Positions 47,601 through 56,416 are shown, numbered from the stretch's first letter. The stretch: DNA of 64,000 bases from Planctomycetota bacterium (GCA_036479435.1 JAZGFI010000103.1:96001-160000), one strand, 5' to 3'. Numbers and translations are program-made. The notes: generated by a model not told the origin, from the sequence alone.

Positions 47601-47992
47601 GCCGCATCTATGCATCTTGGGACCAGCCCATCATTGTTTTGTGCAATCAAAACTCGTTCTCGAACGCGGAGATCTTCGCCCACGCCATAAAGACTCTAAA
47701 GCGCGGACGTCTGGTTGGCGTCACCACCGCGGGCGGGGTCATCTCCACCGGACGCCGCCGGCTCATGGGCGGAGCCTCCGTGCGCATGCCCTTCCGTGGC
47801 TGGTACCTGCTGGATGGCGAAGACATGGAATTAAATGGTGCCGTCCCCCACGTCGAAATGTGGCCCGAGCCCGGCGCTTGGCCCGCCGCCATCGACCGCC
47901 AACTTGAAAAAGCCATCGAACTCCTCCAAAAAGACGTCGTCACCTACCAGCAACGCCCCACTCCCAAGCTCAGAAAGTCCAGCGAGCGCTAA
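44660..47992 (+). CDS. Tricorn-protease-like S41 peptidase (PD40 beta-propellers, PDZ, S41 domain)
   Basis: Signal peptide, repeated SPDG propeller motifs, MLGELNGSH, GYLHIRAM, IIDVRENGGG, SFSNAEIF. Confidence 0.92.
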   Translation: MLFHRLGLTGFVFTVLSLVGGAALVAQVPEGATAIQMVSDPALSPDGELLAFSWRGDVWLVDSAGGRARPLTRHPARDRFPVFSPDGRRVAFTTTRDGKRLLMSLTIEGGEPKIHGSHSEGYRPMAWRSDGILTQSRRDHFWRHADRAILRPLDPKRAESSIVDANVERPDLSADGRFLLYQREGTKTWRRGYRGPQEAQIWLYDREKGGHRLLHSKEGGSRYARWITGSVRYVYASRASGTFNLVSIDLESGEKKTLTAFEDDGTMFIAVAADGSKIVFRRGFDLYSLNPNRASAEKLVVYTNDDTALLDEMRKVLDRASAVSFSKDAREMAFVSGGDLWVMDTVLKEPVRVSTEVEEERSPLFVGNDRLLVISDRDGQTDIWQLERKNKTAPFWRNTEFSWKRLTEDAAIERNLRVVPGADRVSFLVDRGDLRWMKNDGSEVKTLLPAWNQPQYAFSPDGKWLAYSLQDDNFNADIWIVPVDGSREAFNLSCHPDNDRNPTWSQDGSILAFSGRRWGRETDIGYVYLQKEESEETTRERKLEEAIKKMKERDKKKQSKSKSKGKGKKEKAEDDDGKPDETDDEKPQDEDDNSDKEKKKDKPTLIDFDGLRDRIRRISIANSSERGLVFAPKKNRLFFNTRIKGKSGVYSVEFPDKLQPKFFAESMPRAARVHAGPKLFAGLLAGVPGTLDLKGKKKTFAFKVKQNYPVGPWSKAVFEQAWAAMKVGFYDGRFGNKDWDAIRVKYGAMAERCLDVATLSEVCNMMLGELNGSHLGFSMRTLQPAFEAKAAWTDRTGHLGLWFDKTRRGEGWKVSRVLRDAPAWREKSRIRVGDILKSIDGVALRAGLDVSVVLTGPADHDYMIEVEDAEGETRTVSIRASSYGAIRSLMYEAWLEQSREKVKELSNDKLGYLHIRAMSTPNLLRFDAELYRIGDGKEGLIIDVRENGGGSITDHLLTCLCQPTHAITRPRGGGLGYPQDRRIYASWDQPIIVLCNQNSFSNAEIFAHAIKTLKRGRLVGVTTAGGVISTGRRRLMGGASVRMPFRGWYLLDGEDMELNGAVPHVEMWPEPGAWPAAIDRQLEKAIELLQKDVVTYQQRPTPKLRKSSER

Positions 47993-48077
47993 AACTCCTT
48001 CAGCCAACACCCCAAACCCTGATCACTTGGGTCAGACCAAAGTCACCACCCTTTCCTCCTCCAAGATGACAACTCGC

Positions 48078-49124
48078 TCAAAAACGGTACTCCAATCCTG
48101 CGGTCACCAGCCAGTCCAGGTTCTTGGCACCGGCCGCGGGTCGTCCTTGGTAGGTCAAGACGATGGAGTTGCGAAAGCTCCAGTTGTCGTAGATCGGCAC
48201 GCTCAATACTGTTTCGGAACGAGCCAGCCAACTCGCGGGATCAGAGAGGGGGACGATGACTTCTGCCAGTTGGTGAAAGTCTAGGTTCGACCAAAAAAGG
48301 TCGTCGTAGATGAGCGCCGCGCGGCCGGTGATGTCCTTGCGAGATGCGGTGTCAGAGCGAAAACTCTCGTGACGGAATCCGAGGCCGGCTTCTGTTTTCA
48401 AAAACTCGTCGTCGCTGTCTTTCCAGACCGTGTAGCCCGCACCGAGGTTGACGAAAACCCGCGCTTCGATCTCCTGCACCAAGTCCCGCCCGATCTCGAC
48501 GCCGGCGAAACTATAGAAACGACCGCTGTAGTAGTGCTCCCATTTACCGCGCAGAAGTTGGGCGTCGGCGTTGACTTCGCCATTGCTTTCGCCGTAGACC
48601 GCGCGGAATCCGGCTTCGATGCGATCGTGACTGAAGATCCGCTCGATAGAGGCTTCGAGGTTTCCGGTGAAGGTGTCGCTGTTGCCGCCGGTGGCCGTGA
48701 GGCCCAAAGCAACCTTGCCGGACCAAGGTTTCGGCGTGAGCGGTGTCTTCTGCGCGGGAGCCGCAAGCTCAGGGGCGAGCGGAAGGCTAGAAGTCTTCAA
48801 GCGCACTTGGCCGAGGTCCGCGCTTTGCACCACTAAAGTCGCGCCCTCGCGACCGATGATAACGCCGCGAAGGACCTCGTCTTCGCCGTAATTCAGCCGG
48901 AGCGGATCCAGGCTGCGGATATCTTGAATCTCGTCCCAGCGCAGATCAACCGTACCGAGCTCGGGAGTCGACAGGCGCACAAGATCGGAATAAACCCCGA
49001 GGCTGCGACCCGCTTTTTGCCCGGCATTTTTGGTCTCGACTTGTATTTGTTGTGCGTTACTCGGCGCCACGAGCCACAGAGCCCAAAATCCGACCAACGC
49101 AATCACCAACTTCAATCTTGTCAT
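48078..49124 (-). CDS. DUF481/YdiY-family outer-membrane beta-barrel protein
   Basis: Signal peptide, WSGKVALGLTATGGNSDT, alternating beta strands, C-terminal GLEYRF beta-signal. Confidence 0.82.
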   Translation of the reverse strand: MTRLKLVIALVGFWALWLVAPSNAQQIQVETKNAGQKAGRSLGVYSDLVRLSTPELGTVDLRWDEIQDIRSLDPLRLNYGEDEVLRGVIIGREGATLVVQSADLGQVRLKTSSLPLAPELAAPAQKTPLTPKPWSGKVALGLTATGGNSDTFTGNLEASIERIFSHDRIEAGFRAVYGESNGEVNADAQLLRGKWEHYYSGRFYSFAGVEIGRDLVQEIEARVFVNLGAGYTVWKDSDDEFLKTEAGLGFRHESFRSDTASRKDITGRAALIYDDLFWSNLDFHQLAEVIVPLSDPASWLARSETVLSVPIYDNWSFRNSIVLTYQGRPAAGAKNLDWLVTAGLEYRF

Positions 49125-49133
49125 GCTCCACCT

Positions 49134-49937
49134 TTAGTTCGCAACATCGCCGCGCTTTTCGCGAGCGATGCGATCGTAGATTTCCGGTCGTCGGTCTTCC
49201 AGGAAGGAAAATCGCTGGCGGCAGGCGGCTACTGCCTTGCGGTCCGCTTCGCCACTCACGATGCCTTCGCTGCCGACCAAGGTCGACGCAACGTTTCCGA
49301 AAGGGTCGACGAGGGAGCTATCTCCCAAGTGAGCGATACCCCCGGCTTCTCCAATGCGATTGACGCCCAAAACGTAGGCTTGGTTCTCAATGGCGCGGGA
49401 CCTTAGCAGGGTCATCCAGGCTTCGCTACGCCGCTCAGGCCAATTTGCAATCACCACGAAGAGGTCGGTGTCATCAGCTGCGAATCGGAAAATCTCGGGG
49501 AACCTTAAGTCGTAGCAGACAAAAGGCGTCACTCGGAGTCCCTTTATTTCGATCGTCGAAACCGAGCGGCCAGCGTCGTAGTGCTCGGGCTCCCCGGCCA
49601 GCGAAAAGGGGTGGATTTTCTCATACCGCAGCTGCTCGGCACCGCTGGGATCGATGACGAGTGCGATGTTTTTGGGCCGTGGCTTCTGAGCGGCCGCAAG
49701 GCCTGCGATCAGCCACACGCCGGCCGCTTTCGCCGTGGACGACAAAAACTCGCGAATCTCGTCCTCAAAGGGAAGGATCTTGGCGGTGTCCATCGAAAAG
49801 GCGGTGGCGAACATCTCAGGCAAGACCACCAAGTCTGCCCCGGCGTCGGCGGCGCGCTCGATGAGTCCTCGAGCTACCTTAAGATTCGTGCCCGGGTTCT
49901 CCCAAGCGATGTCAAACTGAATTCCGGCAACTTTCAT
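49134..49937 (-). CDS. Nitrilase-family carbon-nitrogen hydrolase (omega-amidase/YafV-like)
   Basis: E-K-C triad motifs LPEMF, YEKIHPF and VCYDLRFPE, plus RAIENQ. Start at ATG 49937. Confidence 0.9.
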   Translation of the reverse strand: MKVAGIQFDIAWENPGTNLKVARGLIERAADAGADLVVLPEMFATAFSMDTAKILPFEDEIREFLSSTAKAAGVWLIAGLAAAQKPRPKNIALVIDPSGAEQLRYEKIHPFSLAGEPEHYDAGRSVSTIEIKGLRVTPFVCYDLRFPEIFRFAADDTDLFVVIANWPERRSEAWMTLLRSRAIENQAYVLGVNRIGEAGGIAHLGDSSLVDPFGNVASTLVGSEGIVSGEADRKAVAACRQRFSFLEDRRPEIYDRIAREKRGDVAN

Positions 49938-49996
49938 GGGCTCGAACTGTCCTTGATTCACGCGCAATTTTGACCGAATGCCGATACGATGTAGCC

Positions 49997-50830
49997 ATGC
50001 ACCCAGTCCTCGACGCCTACCTTAGATTCCTTCGCCGCGCTGGGCTTGAGTTTTCAATCGCCCCAGACCTCGTGCACGAAGACGATTTTACCGGGGACCT
50101 GCGACCATCGACAGCCAAGCGCCACCACGTCTTGAGCGATGGATTTCAACTCGTCGAAGCTCTCGACGCCTCGCAGTCCATAGGCGCGGATCACGCGAGT
50201 CTGTCGGTCAGCACCATCCTTGAACGACACGCGGTAGAGCTCAACGGTCGCCGCGTCGTCGATGTCGGCTGTGGTAGCGGTTTTTTGGCGCTCGTGGCCG
50301 CTCACCACGGGGCGCGCGCCAGTGGCACCGAGATAGACCCTAGGGCTCTTGAACTCGCCGCTACGAACGCCGCCGCCAACGATCTGCAGGTGGATTGGCT
50401 CCTCAGTTCACTGGTGGATTCGATTCCCACCCGTCCGCCGATTGACTGCTTTGTCGCCAACTTGCCCCACAAGCCCAGCGATATGGATTCAAGTGGCGAG
50501 TTACCTCTCGCGCAAGCCGGCGGCGAGGGTGGATGCGCCCTCTTTGAGAAGGCTTTCCCGGCGATGGCGGCAAGGCAAACGCCGGGGGGGCGGGTTGTCT
50601 TTTTCCTCCATTCGCTGCCAGATCCTAGACTCCTTTGTGGCGCGGCCAAGCTCTATGACCTCGTTCTTGAGAGTTGGAAGCTAAGATGGCTCGGGGTCTC
50701 AGAGTTTGAGACGAGTCGTGCCTTTTTTCGCGAGCGCGCGAAATCAGGGCGCTCACACCTCCACCGAGATTCGGCGCGCAACCTTGAAGCCTTGGTTTGC
50801 GGCGTGTGGGTCGGAACCAAGAAGAATTGA
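49997..50830 (+). CDS. Class I SAM-dependent methyltransferase (HemK/PrmC-like fold)
   Basis: VVDVGCGSG motif I, EIDP, NLPH in place of NPPY, and AGGEGG. Confidence 0.85.
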   Translation: MHPVLDAYLRFLRRAGLEFSIAPDLVHEDDFTGDLRPSTAKRHHVLSDGFQLVEALDASQSIGADHASLSVSTILERHAVELNGRRVVDVGCGSGFLALVAAHHGARASGTEIDPRALELAATNAAANDLQVDWLLSSLVDSIPTRPPIDCFVANLPHKPSDMDSSGELPLAQAGGEGGCALFEKAFPAMAARQTPGGRVVFFLHSLPDPRLLCGAAKLYDLVLESWKLRWLGVSEFETSRAFFRERAKSGRSHLHRDSARNLEALVCGVWVGTKKN

Positions 50831-51648
50831 TGACATCCCAAAAGGCCTGTCAACTTGTGGTCTCAGGCGATGACGGCGGCGCCGCCCCGGAAAGTGATGC
50901 CGCGCTTCTTCGCGCCTTTGACGAGGGTCCTTTGCGCAGCGTTTCCGTTTTGGCCAACGGGCTGACGACCGAACCCTTCGCGGCCAAAGCGCTGGCACGC
51001 AATTTGTCGGTAGGCCTCCACATCAACTTTTCTGAGGGCAAAGCCCTTGGCGGCCCGATCCTGGGGCTGACGAATGACCGCGCCGAGTTTCCCGGCCAAA
51101 AACAAGAGACCTGGCGGCGACTCGCCGAGGGGAAGATCTCTGAGGCGGCATTGGCGCGCGAGATCACGGCCCAATGGGAGGCTTTGGTCGCACTGGGACT
51201 CCGCCCCGACCACGTCGACGGCCACAATCACGTGCAGATGTTTCCAAAAGTCTTGAGCGCTATGACGCTTGCCCTGGGCCAAGAATCGATTTTTGTTCGA
51301 GTCCCCGATGAACCCGAATGCCCCCGGGACTTGGTGCCGGAGTTTCAGAGCCTATCCTTATCGTCGGCAGAGTTTCGTCGGCGTCTTGAAGGGACGGCGT
51401 GGCGTGCGAGCGACCATTTCGTCGGGTTTTGCTTCAGCCTAAACCCTCGCCAAGAAGCGCTCGCGCATCTTTTTCCCGCACGACCGGGTCTTACTGAATT
51501 CATGGTTCACCCGGGGGCACGCTGCGGATCGCAGTTCACCGAAAGCAGCCTTCGCGACCGAGAACTCAGAACTCTCCTTGACGAAACCATGACTCAAAGC
51601 TTTCAATCTGCGGGCTACCAACTCGTCTCCTTTCGCGAAGCTCAATGA
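50830..51648 (+). CDS. ChbG/HpnK/YdjC-family carbohydrate deacetylase
   Basis: GDDGG, SVSVLAN, GLHINFSEG, HVDGHNHV and EFMVHPG motifs. The ATG overlaps the upstream TGA. Confidence 0.88.
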   Translation: MTSQKACQLVVSGDDGGAAPESDAALLRAFDEGPLRSVSVLANGLTTEPFAAKALARNLSVGLHINFSEGKALGGPILGLTNDRAEFPGQKQETWRRLAEGKISEAALAREITAQWEALVALGLRPDHVDGHNHVQMFPKVLSAMTLALGQESIFVRVPDEPECPRDLVPEFQSLSLSSAEFRRRLEGTAWRASDHFVGFCFSLNPRQEALAHLFPARPGLTEFMVHPGARCGSQFTESSLRDRELRTLLDETMTQSFQSAGYQLVSFREAQ

Positions 51649-52661
51649 AAATTGGAATTGTGGAACCAGCCCTCGCCAGCCCGGCACGAGGGAACACCGT
51701 TAGCGTCAAGCGCTGGCGCACTTGCCTTGAGAGGCGCGGGAAGTCGGTGCGCGTACTGTCGCCCGACGAACTTTCGCTCAAAGACGCTCTTCAGGGCTTG
51801 GATGTGCTGCACGCCCATCACGCGATCCGGACCGGCCCTCACGCGGCCAAAGCGGCGGAGAAAGCGGGTATCCCCTGGGTGCTGAGCATCGGAGGCACAG
51901 ACCTCGCCCTGGACGAGAACGGCAAACTCGATCCCAGGGCCGCCGACTCATTTTCTTCGGCACAACTCGTGATGGGCCCGAATTGGGCGGACGCGGAACG
52001 CCTCAATGCCTTCCTCGACAGCGGGGTCGCTTTTCAACGAGTGCGACGCGGAGTTGTGGTTCCACCGCGTGCTCTAGGGGTTCGGCCCCATGGATTGCGC
52101 GGCCTTTTGGCCGGCGGCATACGCGAGGTCAAAGGCCAAGACATCGCCCTCGATTGGTTCGATGCGATGGACGCCAAGGACACCTGCCAGCAACTCAATC
52201 TCGAACTGTTATTCGCAGGTCCGGTGATCGAAGAGGACTACGCCACCACGTTCTCACGCCGCATTGAAAGACGCAATCGCCTCGCCTGGCTGGGCTCGGT
52301 CGAGGCCTCCAGAATGCCAAGGACTTTTGCCCGCTCTGATTTCCTTCTCAATAGTTCCCGGCTTGAGGGCGGCTCGAACGCAATCCTTGAGGCTTGGGCT
52401 CACGGTCGACCCGTCGTCGCGAAAAGATCTCCGGGCAATGTCGAGATGCTGGAATCGGCGCCACCTTCTATCGCCCATTTAGTCGCCGACAGACCTGAAG
52501 CCATGGATGCCCTTTTTGAGTGGCTGCAACGACTTGCCGCGGCGGACAGCAAAGAACGTCAACGCCGAGCCCGCCTCGCGCGCGACTACGTCTCCTTACA
52601 CCACGATTCCGAGGTCGAAACCGACGAATTACTTCGCGCCTACGAACGCGCGCGTTCTTGA
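51645..52661 (+). CDS. GT-B (family 4-like) glycosyltransferase resembling the selenosugar synthase SenB
   Basis: IVEPAL...GN..S..RW, HAIR, GGTDL, IREVK, SRLEGGSNAILEA and PGNVEML follow the SenB motif order as recalled. 4-bp overlap with the deacetylase. Confidence 0.8.
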   Translation: MKIGIVEPALASPARGNTVSVKRWRTCLERRGKSVRVLSPDELSLKDALQGLDVLHAHHAIRTGPHAAKAAEKAGIPWVLSIGGTDLALDENGKLDPRAADSFSSAQLVMGPNWADAERLNAFLDSGVAFQRVRRGVVVPPRALGVRPHGLRGLLAGGIREVKGQDIALDWFDAMDAKDTCQQLNLELLFAGPVIEEDYATTFSRRIERRNRLAWLGSVEASRMPRTFARSDFLLNSSRLEGGSNAILEAWAHGRPVVAKRSPGNVEMLESAPPSIAHLVADRPEAMDALFEWLQRLAAADSKERQRRARLARDYVSLHHDSEVETDELLRAYERARS

Positions 52662-52737
52662 CAGCATTACCCAATTCCACACTTGGTCCGCTAGCTGAAA
52701 AAGCGCCGGGCCTGCCGCGACTTGCGAGAACAATAGT

Positions 52738-53004
52738 TTGAAATCCCCTGAAAAAGTCACGTTGACGTTATCGCGCCTTGATCGTGTGCTACTCCAAGCT
52801 CACGGCTACCCTTTCTCAGAGGTTGAGGCTGAGCTTAGTGGCGTGCCCGCCACAGTAGACTTAGCCGAGCTTGCTTTTGAAAGATTCGATATCGAACAGA
52901 TGCTCGGCGACCTCGCGTGGTCGATCAACCACTGCAGCAACCGAGACTTGCAGGAACGACTGGATGAACTCTACGAGTGTATTGAGCTGGATTCATCTCG
53001 TTAG
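52738..53004 (+). CDS. Small acidic hypothetical protein
   Basis: 88-aa ORF filling the gap, same strand as its neighbours, TTG start. Confidence 0.5.
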   Translation: MKSPEKVTLTLSRLDRVLLQAHGYPFSEVEAELSGVPATVDLAELAFERFDIEQMLGDLAWSINHCSNRDLQERLDELYECIELDSSR

Positions 53005-53026
53005 GCACTAGACCGGACCCACGCGC

Positions 53027-54532
53027 ATGGCCACCAATCGCTATTGTGAAAAACTTGGTATCAAGGTCCCTCGACTAGAGGAGGTCATCGGCCATCGCGA
53101 GGCCAACATCTTTTCACTCATGATGGTGACTTTGATGGAGCGAGGGCATTCCATGTCGCTCGATCAAATTGCAGAGCGCTTCGAAGAAGTTGGGTTTAGG
53201 CCAAGGGCCCAGGCCCTTGCATCTCTCAAGCGTTGTCGCCCCAATCGCGATCCCATCTTTCGCGACGGCGATCTGTACGCGCTCGACCCCAACAGCCACG
53301 AGGCTGACCTGTGGGCTTTTCGCCTCGGGCTGAGGCCGCCGCGAGCCGTGCTAAAGCTCGTCAGAGAGCCGGATTCGCCACTACCCAATTCCGACACGGC
53401 TCTAGGCATGGACGAGTTGAAAGAGTGCTGGACCGCGATCAGCCTTTGTAACGGTTGGTCAACCAGACGGATTATCCTCGCGGTACTCGACGCAAGACAG
53501 GCCCCGATGCTTCCGGCGGAGATTAGCGCTTGCGTCGCCAGCTGGACTTCCCATTTTCGCCTCGGGTTCGAAGATGCTCATTTCGAGCGTCGCGGTTCTC
53601 CCATTCATGAAGCTGAAGATGGGCGCCTCGAGGTTTCAGACCCAACGGCTCTCATCCCCGTCCGGTTGGCAGTTCGAGCCCGCATCAAAAAGATGCGGGC
53701 CTTCCATCCTCGCCGCAATGATGAAGCTCACTATCGAGTCCAGGCCGAAATCGCCAAGAAACGCCAAGAGCGTGAAATCGATGAACTAGCTTCGCTTCGG
53801 CGCGTCTTTCTTCATGCCTACCCAATGAAGAATCCAGAAATCGCGATACTCATCGACGCGACAAACCCCACCATCAGATCTTTCCTAGCTTCGGATTTCG
53901 CAAGCCTTCGCTCCGCGTTGTCTGGCTATGATTTAATCGCTGCGGTCAAAGTTCGCGAAACACTAAGCAAACTCGGGTTTGATTTTCAGGACAAAAGGCT
54001 GTCCGAACTCAGTCCACCGCAAAAATCGATGGTGGTGGGAACTCGTGGGCACATCCTAAAGATAACACTGGAGATGCTCATTCAATCGTCTTGCCGCATC
54101 CGCCGGCCTCTTAGTGACCCCAAGAAGTTGAAAGAGCATCTAGGTAAGAGGCAGCTTGACCAGCTCCTGCGCCGCCTTGAATCCGACGCTAAGTCCATTT
54201 TTTCCTATTTTCAGTATGGCCGTCTCCACGGGGTCGTCTTGGTTCGCAAAGGCGCCGTCAACGAAAGTCTGCTGGCACCTTGGCGTCACTTTCTCGAGCC
54301 CCATTTCCATCACCTAAAAAAACAAGCCTACGACGCGGGGCGACCCCTTGAGGTGGTTTTTGAAACACCCGCATGGGACAAACCTTGGGCCAGCGCGCAG
54401 CTTGTCGCCGTCGACAAGATGGATATGCGAGGAGACTCGTATTGGCTTATCGACCAAGACTGGACCATCGTTGATGAATCCGAGATCCAAGCCGCACGTA
54501 TCACCCCTGAGACGGACCAGCCATGCAGATAG
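53027..54532 (+). CDS. Hypothetical protein, possible N-terminal winged-helix domains
   Basis: 501-aa ORF with 'MSLDQIAERF...LASLKRC' and 'ILAVLDARQAPMLPAEIS' helix-turn-helix-like segments. No enzyme motif recognised. Confidence 0.7.
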   Translation: MATNRYCEKLGIKVPRLEEVIGHREANIFSLMMVTLMERGHSMSLDQIAERFEEVGFRPRAQALASLKRCRPNRDPIFRDGDLYALDPNSHEADLWAFRLGLRPPRAVLKLVREPDSPLPNSDTALGMDELKECWTAISLCNGWSTRRIILAVLDARQAPMLPAEISACVASWTSHFRLGFEDAHFERRGSPIHEAEDGRLEVSDPTALIPVRLAVRARIKKMRAFHPRRNDEAHYRVQAEIAKKRQEREIDELASLRRVFLHAYPMKNPEIAILIDATNPTIRSFLASDFASLRSALSGYDLIAAVKVRETLSKLGFDFQDKRLSELSPPQKSMVVGTRGHILKITLEMLIQSSCRIRRPLSDPKKLKEHLGKRQLDQLLRRLESDAKSIFSYFQYGRLHGVVLVRKGAVNESLLAPWRHFLEPHFHHLKKQAYDAGRPLEVVFETPAWDKPWASAQLVAVDKMDMRGDSYWLIDQDWTIVDESEIQAARITPETDQPCR

Positions 54533-55473
54533 GCGGACACCTTCGCACCATCTTGCCGACGCTTTGGGCAAATGTCTGGAGCCCTTCGGAACCCTTGGGC
54601 ACGGTGCCTTGGCGCGGGAGCGTCGAAGATTCACAACACGGGACTTTGCCCTTGGGAGGCCAGTATCACGATCTTCGCGCCGCCGATTCGCTGGTGGTCA
54701 TCGTTCACGGCTTGGGCGGCTCACCCGACAGTTTCTACACCAAAAAAGCTGCCACCGAGGCCGCCCGCGCGGGCTTTAGTTCCCTGCGGCTTGCCCTTCG
54801 CGGAGCCGATGGCTTAGCGGCTGACATCTACCACGCGGGTTTGACCGACGACTTGCTGGCGGCCATCGCCGCTCCGGAGTTCCGGCGCTACCGCTCCGTA
54901 TTTGTCTTGGGCTACTCGATGGGTGGCAACCAGACCTTGGTCTTGGCCAGTCAAACCCCTCCCCCTCGATTAGCCGCCGTCGCCGCCGCCTGTGCGCCGG
55001 TTGATCTCGGTGCCAGCGGCAGGCACCTCGATGAGTCGCGCCGCTTCATCTACCGCTATTGGATCTTGCGGAGTTTGAAACAACACTACGCCAGCGTTGA
55101 ATCGCGACGGAAAATGGCGCTGCCTTCTTCTGCGGTGAAATCGTTGGGAACTTTTCGGGAGTGGGACGCCCAAACCGTGGTGCCGCGCTTTGGATTCCGC
55201 GACGTCGACAGCTACTACGATTTCGCCTCGGCAAAAAAACGGCTGGCGGAACTCACCACGCCATCTCTTTTGGTCATGACCGAAGACGATCCCATCGTAG
55301 CCGCTGCCGCTTGCCGCCCCGTCTTGCGTGACATCCCCGAGGCCCTAGACCTCCGCTGGCTGCCCCACGGTGGGCATCTCGGTTTTCCGCGCGGCCTGGA
55401 CTTAGGCTTTAGCCCGAGGCTCGGCTTCGAATCTCAGGTGATGGCTTTCTTTGCGCGACACCGAAATGAATGA
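54523..55473 (+). CDS. YheT-family alpha/beta hydrolase
   Basis: GGHLRTI, HGLGGS, YHAGLTDDL, GYSMGG, DDPIV and GGHLGF motifs. Confidence 0.88.
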   Translation: MQIGGHLRTILPTLWANVWSPSEPLGTVPWRGSVEDSQHGTLPLGGQYHDLRAADSLVVIVHGLGGSPDSFYTKKAATEAARAGFSSLRLALRGADGLAADIYHAGLTDDLLAAIAAPEFRRYRSVFVLGYSMGGNQTLVLASQTPPPRLAAVAAACAPVDLGASGRHLDESRRFIYRYWILRSLKQHYASVESRRKMALPSSAVKSLGTFREWDAQTVVPRFGFRDVDSYYDFASAKKRLAELTTPSLLVMTEDDPIVAAAACRPVLRDIPEALDLRWLPHGGHLGFPRGLDLGFSPRLGFESQVMAFFARHRNE

Positions 55474-55482
55474 TCAGCAGAG

Positions 55483-56277
55483 CTAAAGCGGCTTGACCCC
55501 TGCGCGCCGCAATAAGTCCGTTACCATGGCGAAGAATTCCGGCAGGGAACTCTCCCATTTGGCCATTGTGGCTTCGGGTCCCGTCGCTTTGATGAAGTAG
55601 CTGCCTCCAGCCGCCTCTACGACGCCGCCAATAAGGCGCCACTCCGGTTTGTTGTGGCGTTCTGGGTCGCCGGGGACCACCTGAGCCACAAAACGGCCCT
55701 TTACGTCGACAGTCTCCAAGTCGAAGCCGCTCGACTTTTGCCGCTCACGAGTGACGATCGGCGAAGACTTGGCATCGTCTCGGCCTTCGAGCTGGCCCAC
55801 CCAGCGATTGATGTTGCTCGCCGTGGTCCCACCCGCACTCGGAAAATGAAAAATCACGACTTGTCCATCTTCAGTGTCCTTGCCGACCTTGGGAAGCAGG
55901 AACTGGGCCACCCGCATGTTGTTGCTGGGGGTCTCTCCAATCCAACCTTTGGGAGCCGAAAAGGCACCGGACTTGTTGGTCGCCGCGTTCTTGGGCCGGG
56001 ACGTTGGCTTGGTGGCATTCGCCAGCGTTGGTCGACTGGTACTTCGATCACCGCCTGGATTCCCGTAGGCCTCCATGACGTCCGACCTTGGCGGCATCTG
56101 CGCGGCGGAGCGGCCACTCTTGGTCGCTCTTGGTACTTTTCCTTGTGGCTGGGATGCCTCGACCCGCGCCGAGTCGTTGTTCTTACTGGTCTCTTTTTCC
56201 GCGTTCTTGAAGTAAAAGGCCACGACGGCCCCCCCGACGATCATCGCAACCACGGCTACCGCAATCGTTCGCATCAT
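55483..56277 (-). CDS. Membrane-anchored hypothetical protein
   Basis: N-terminal TM, low-complexity linker, conserved-looking core (MRVAQF, GG...NINRWVGQ, YFIKATGP). Confidence 0.75.
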   Translation of the reverse strand: MMRTIAVAVVAMIVGGAVVAFYFKNAEKETSKNNDSARVEASQPQGKVPRATKSGRSAAQMPPRSDVMEAYGNPGGDRSTSRPTLANATKPTSRPKNAATNKSGAFSAPKGWIGETPSNNMRVAQFLLPKVGKDTEDGQVVIFHFPSAGGTTASNINRWVGQLEGRDDAKSSPIVTRERQKSSGFDLETVDVKGRFVAQVVPGDPERHNKPEWRLIGGVVEAAGGSYFIKATGPEATMAKWESSLPEFFAMVTDLLRRAGVKPL

Positions 56278-56416
56278 GACTAGTTCTCCATTCCAAAGGA
56301 CCGTTTACGGTAACCTCAGCTACATTTTGTAGCAGTCCTGGGCTCTATAGTCTATGGCTTGTGGCGCTAGCGCCAGGCCGCTATTTTCTGCCAAGCCTAA
56401 TGTGGGAGATGATGGC

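Noticed and set aside
49997..52661. Calling the cluster a selenoneine (senABC) or hopanoid (hpn) locus
   Set aside because: No senA/egtB-like, selD, squalene-hopene cyclase or hpnIJ genes are present in the window.
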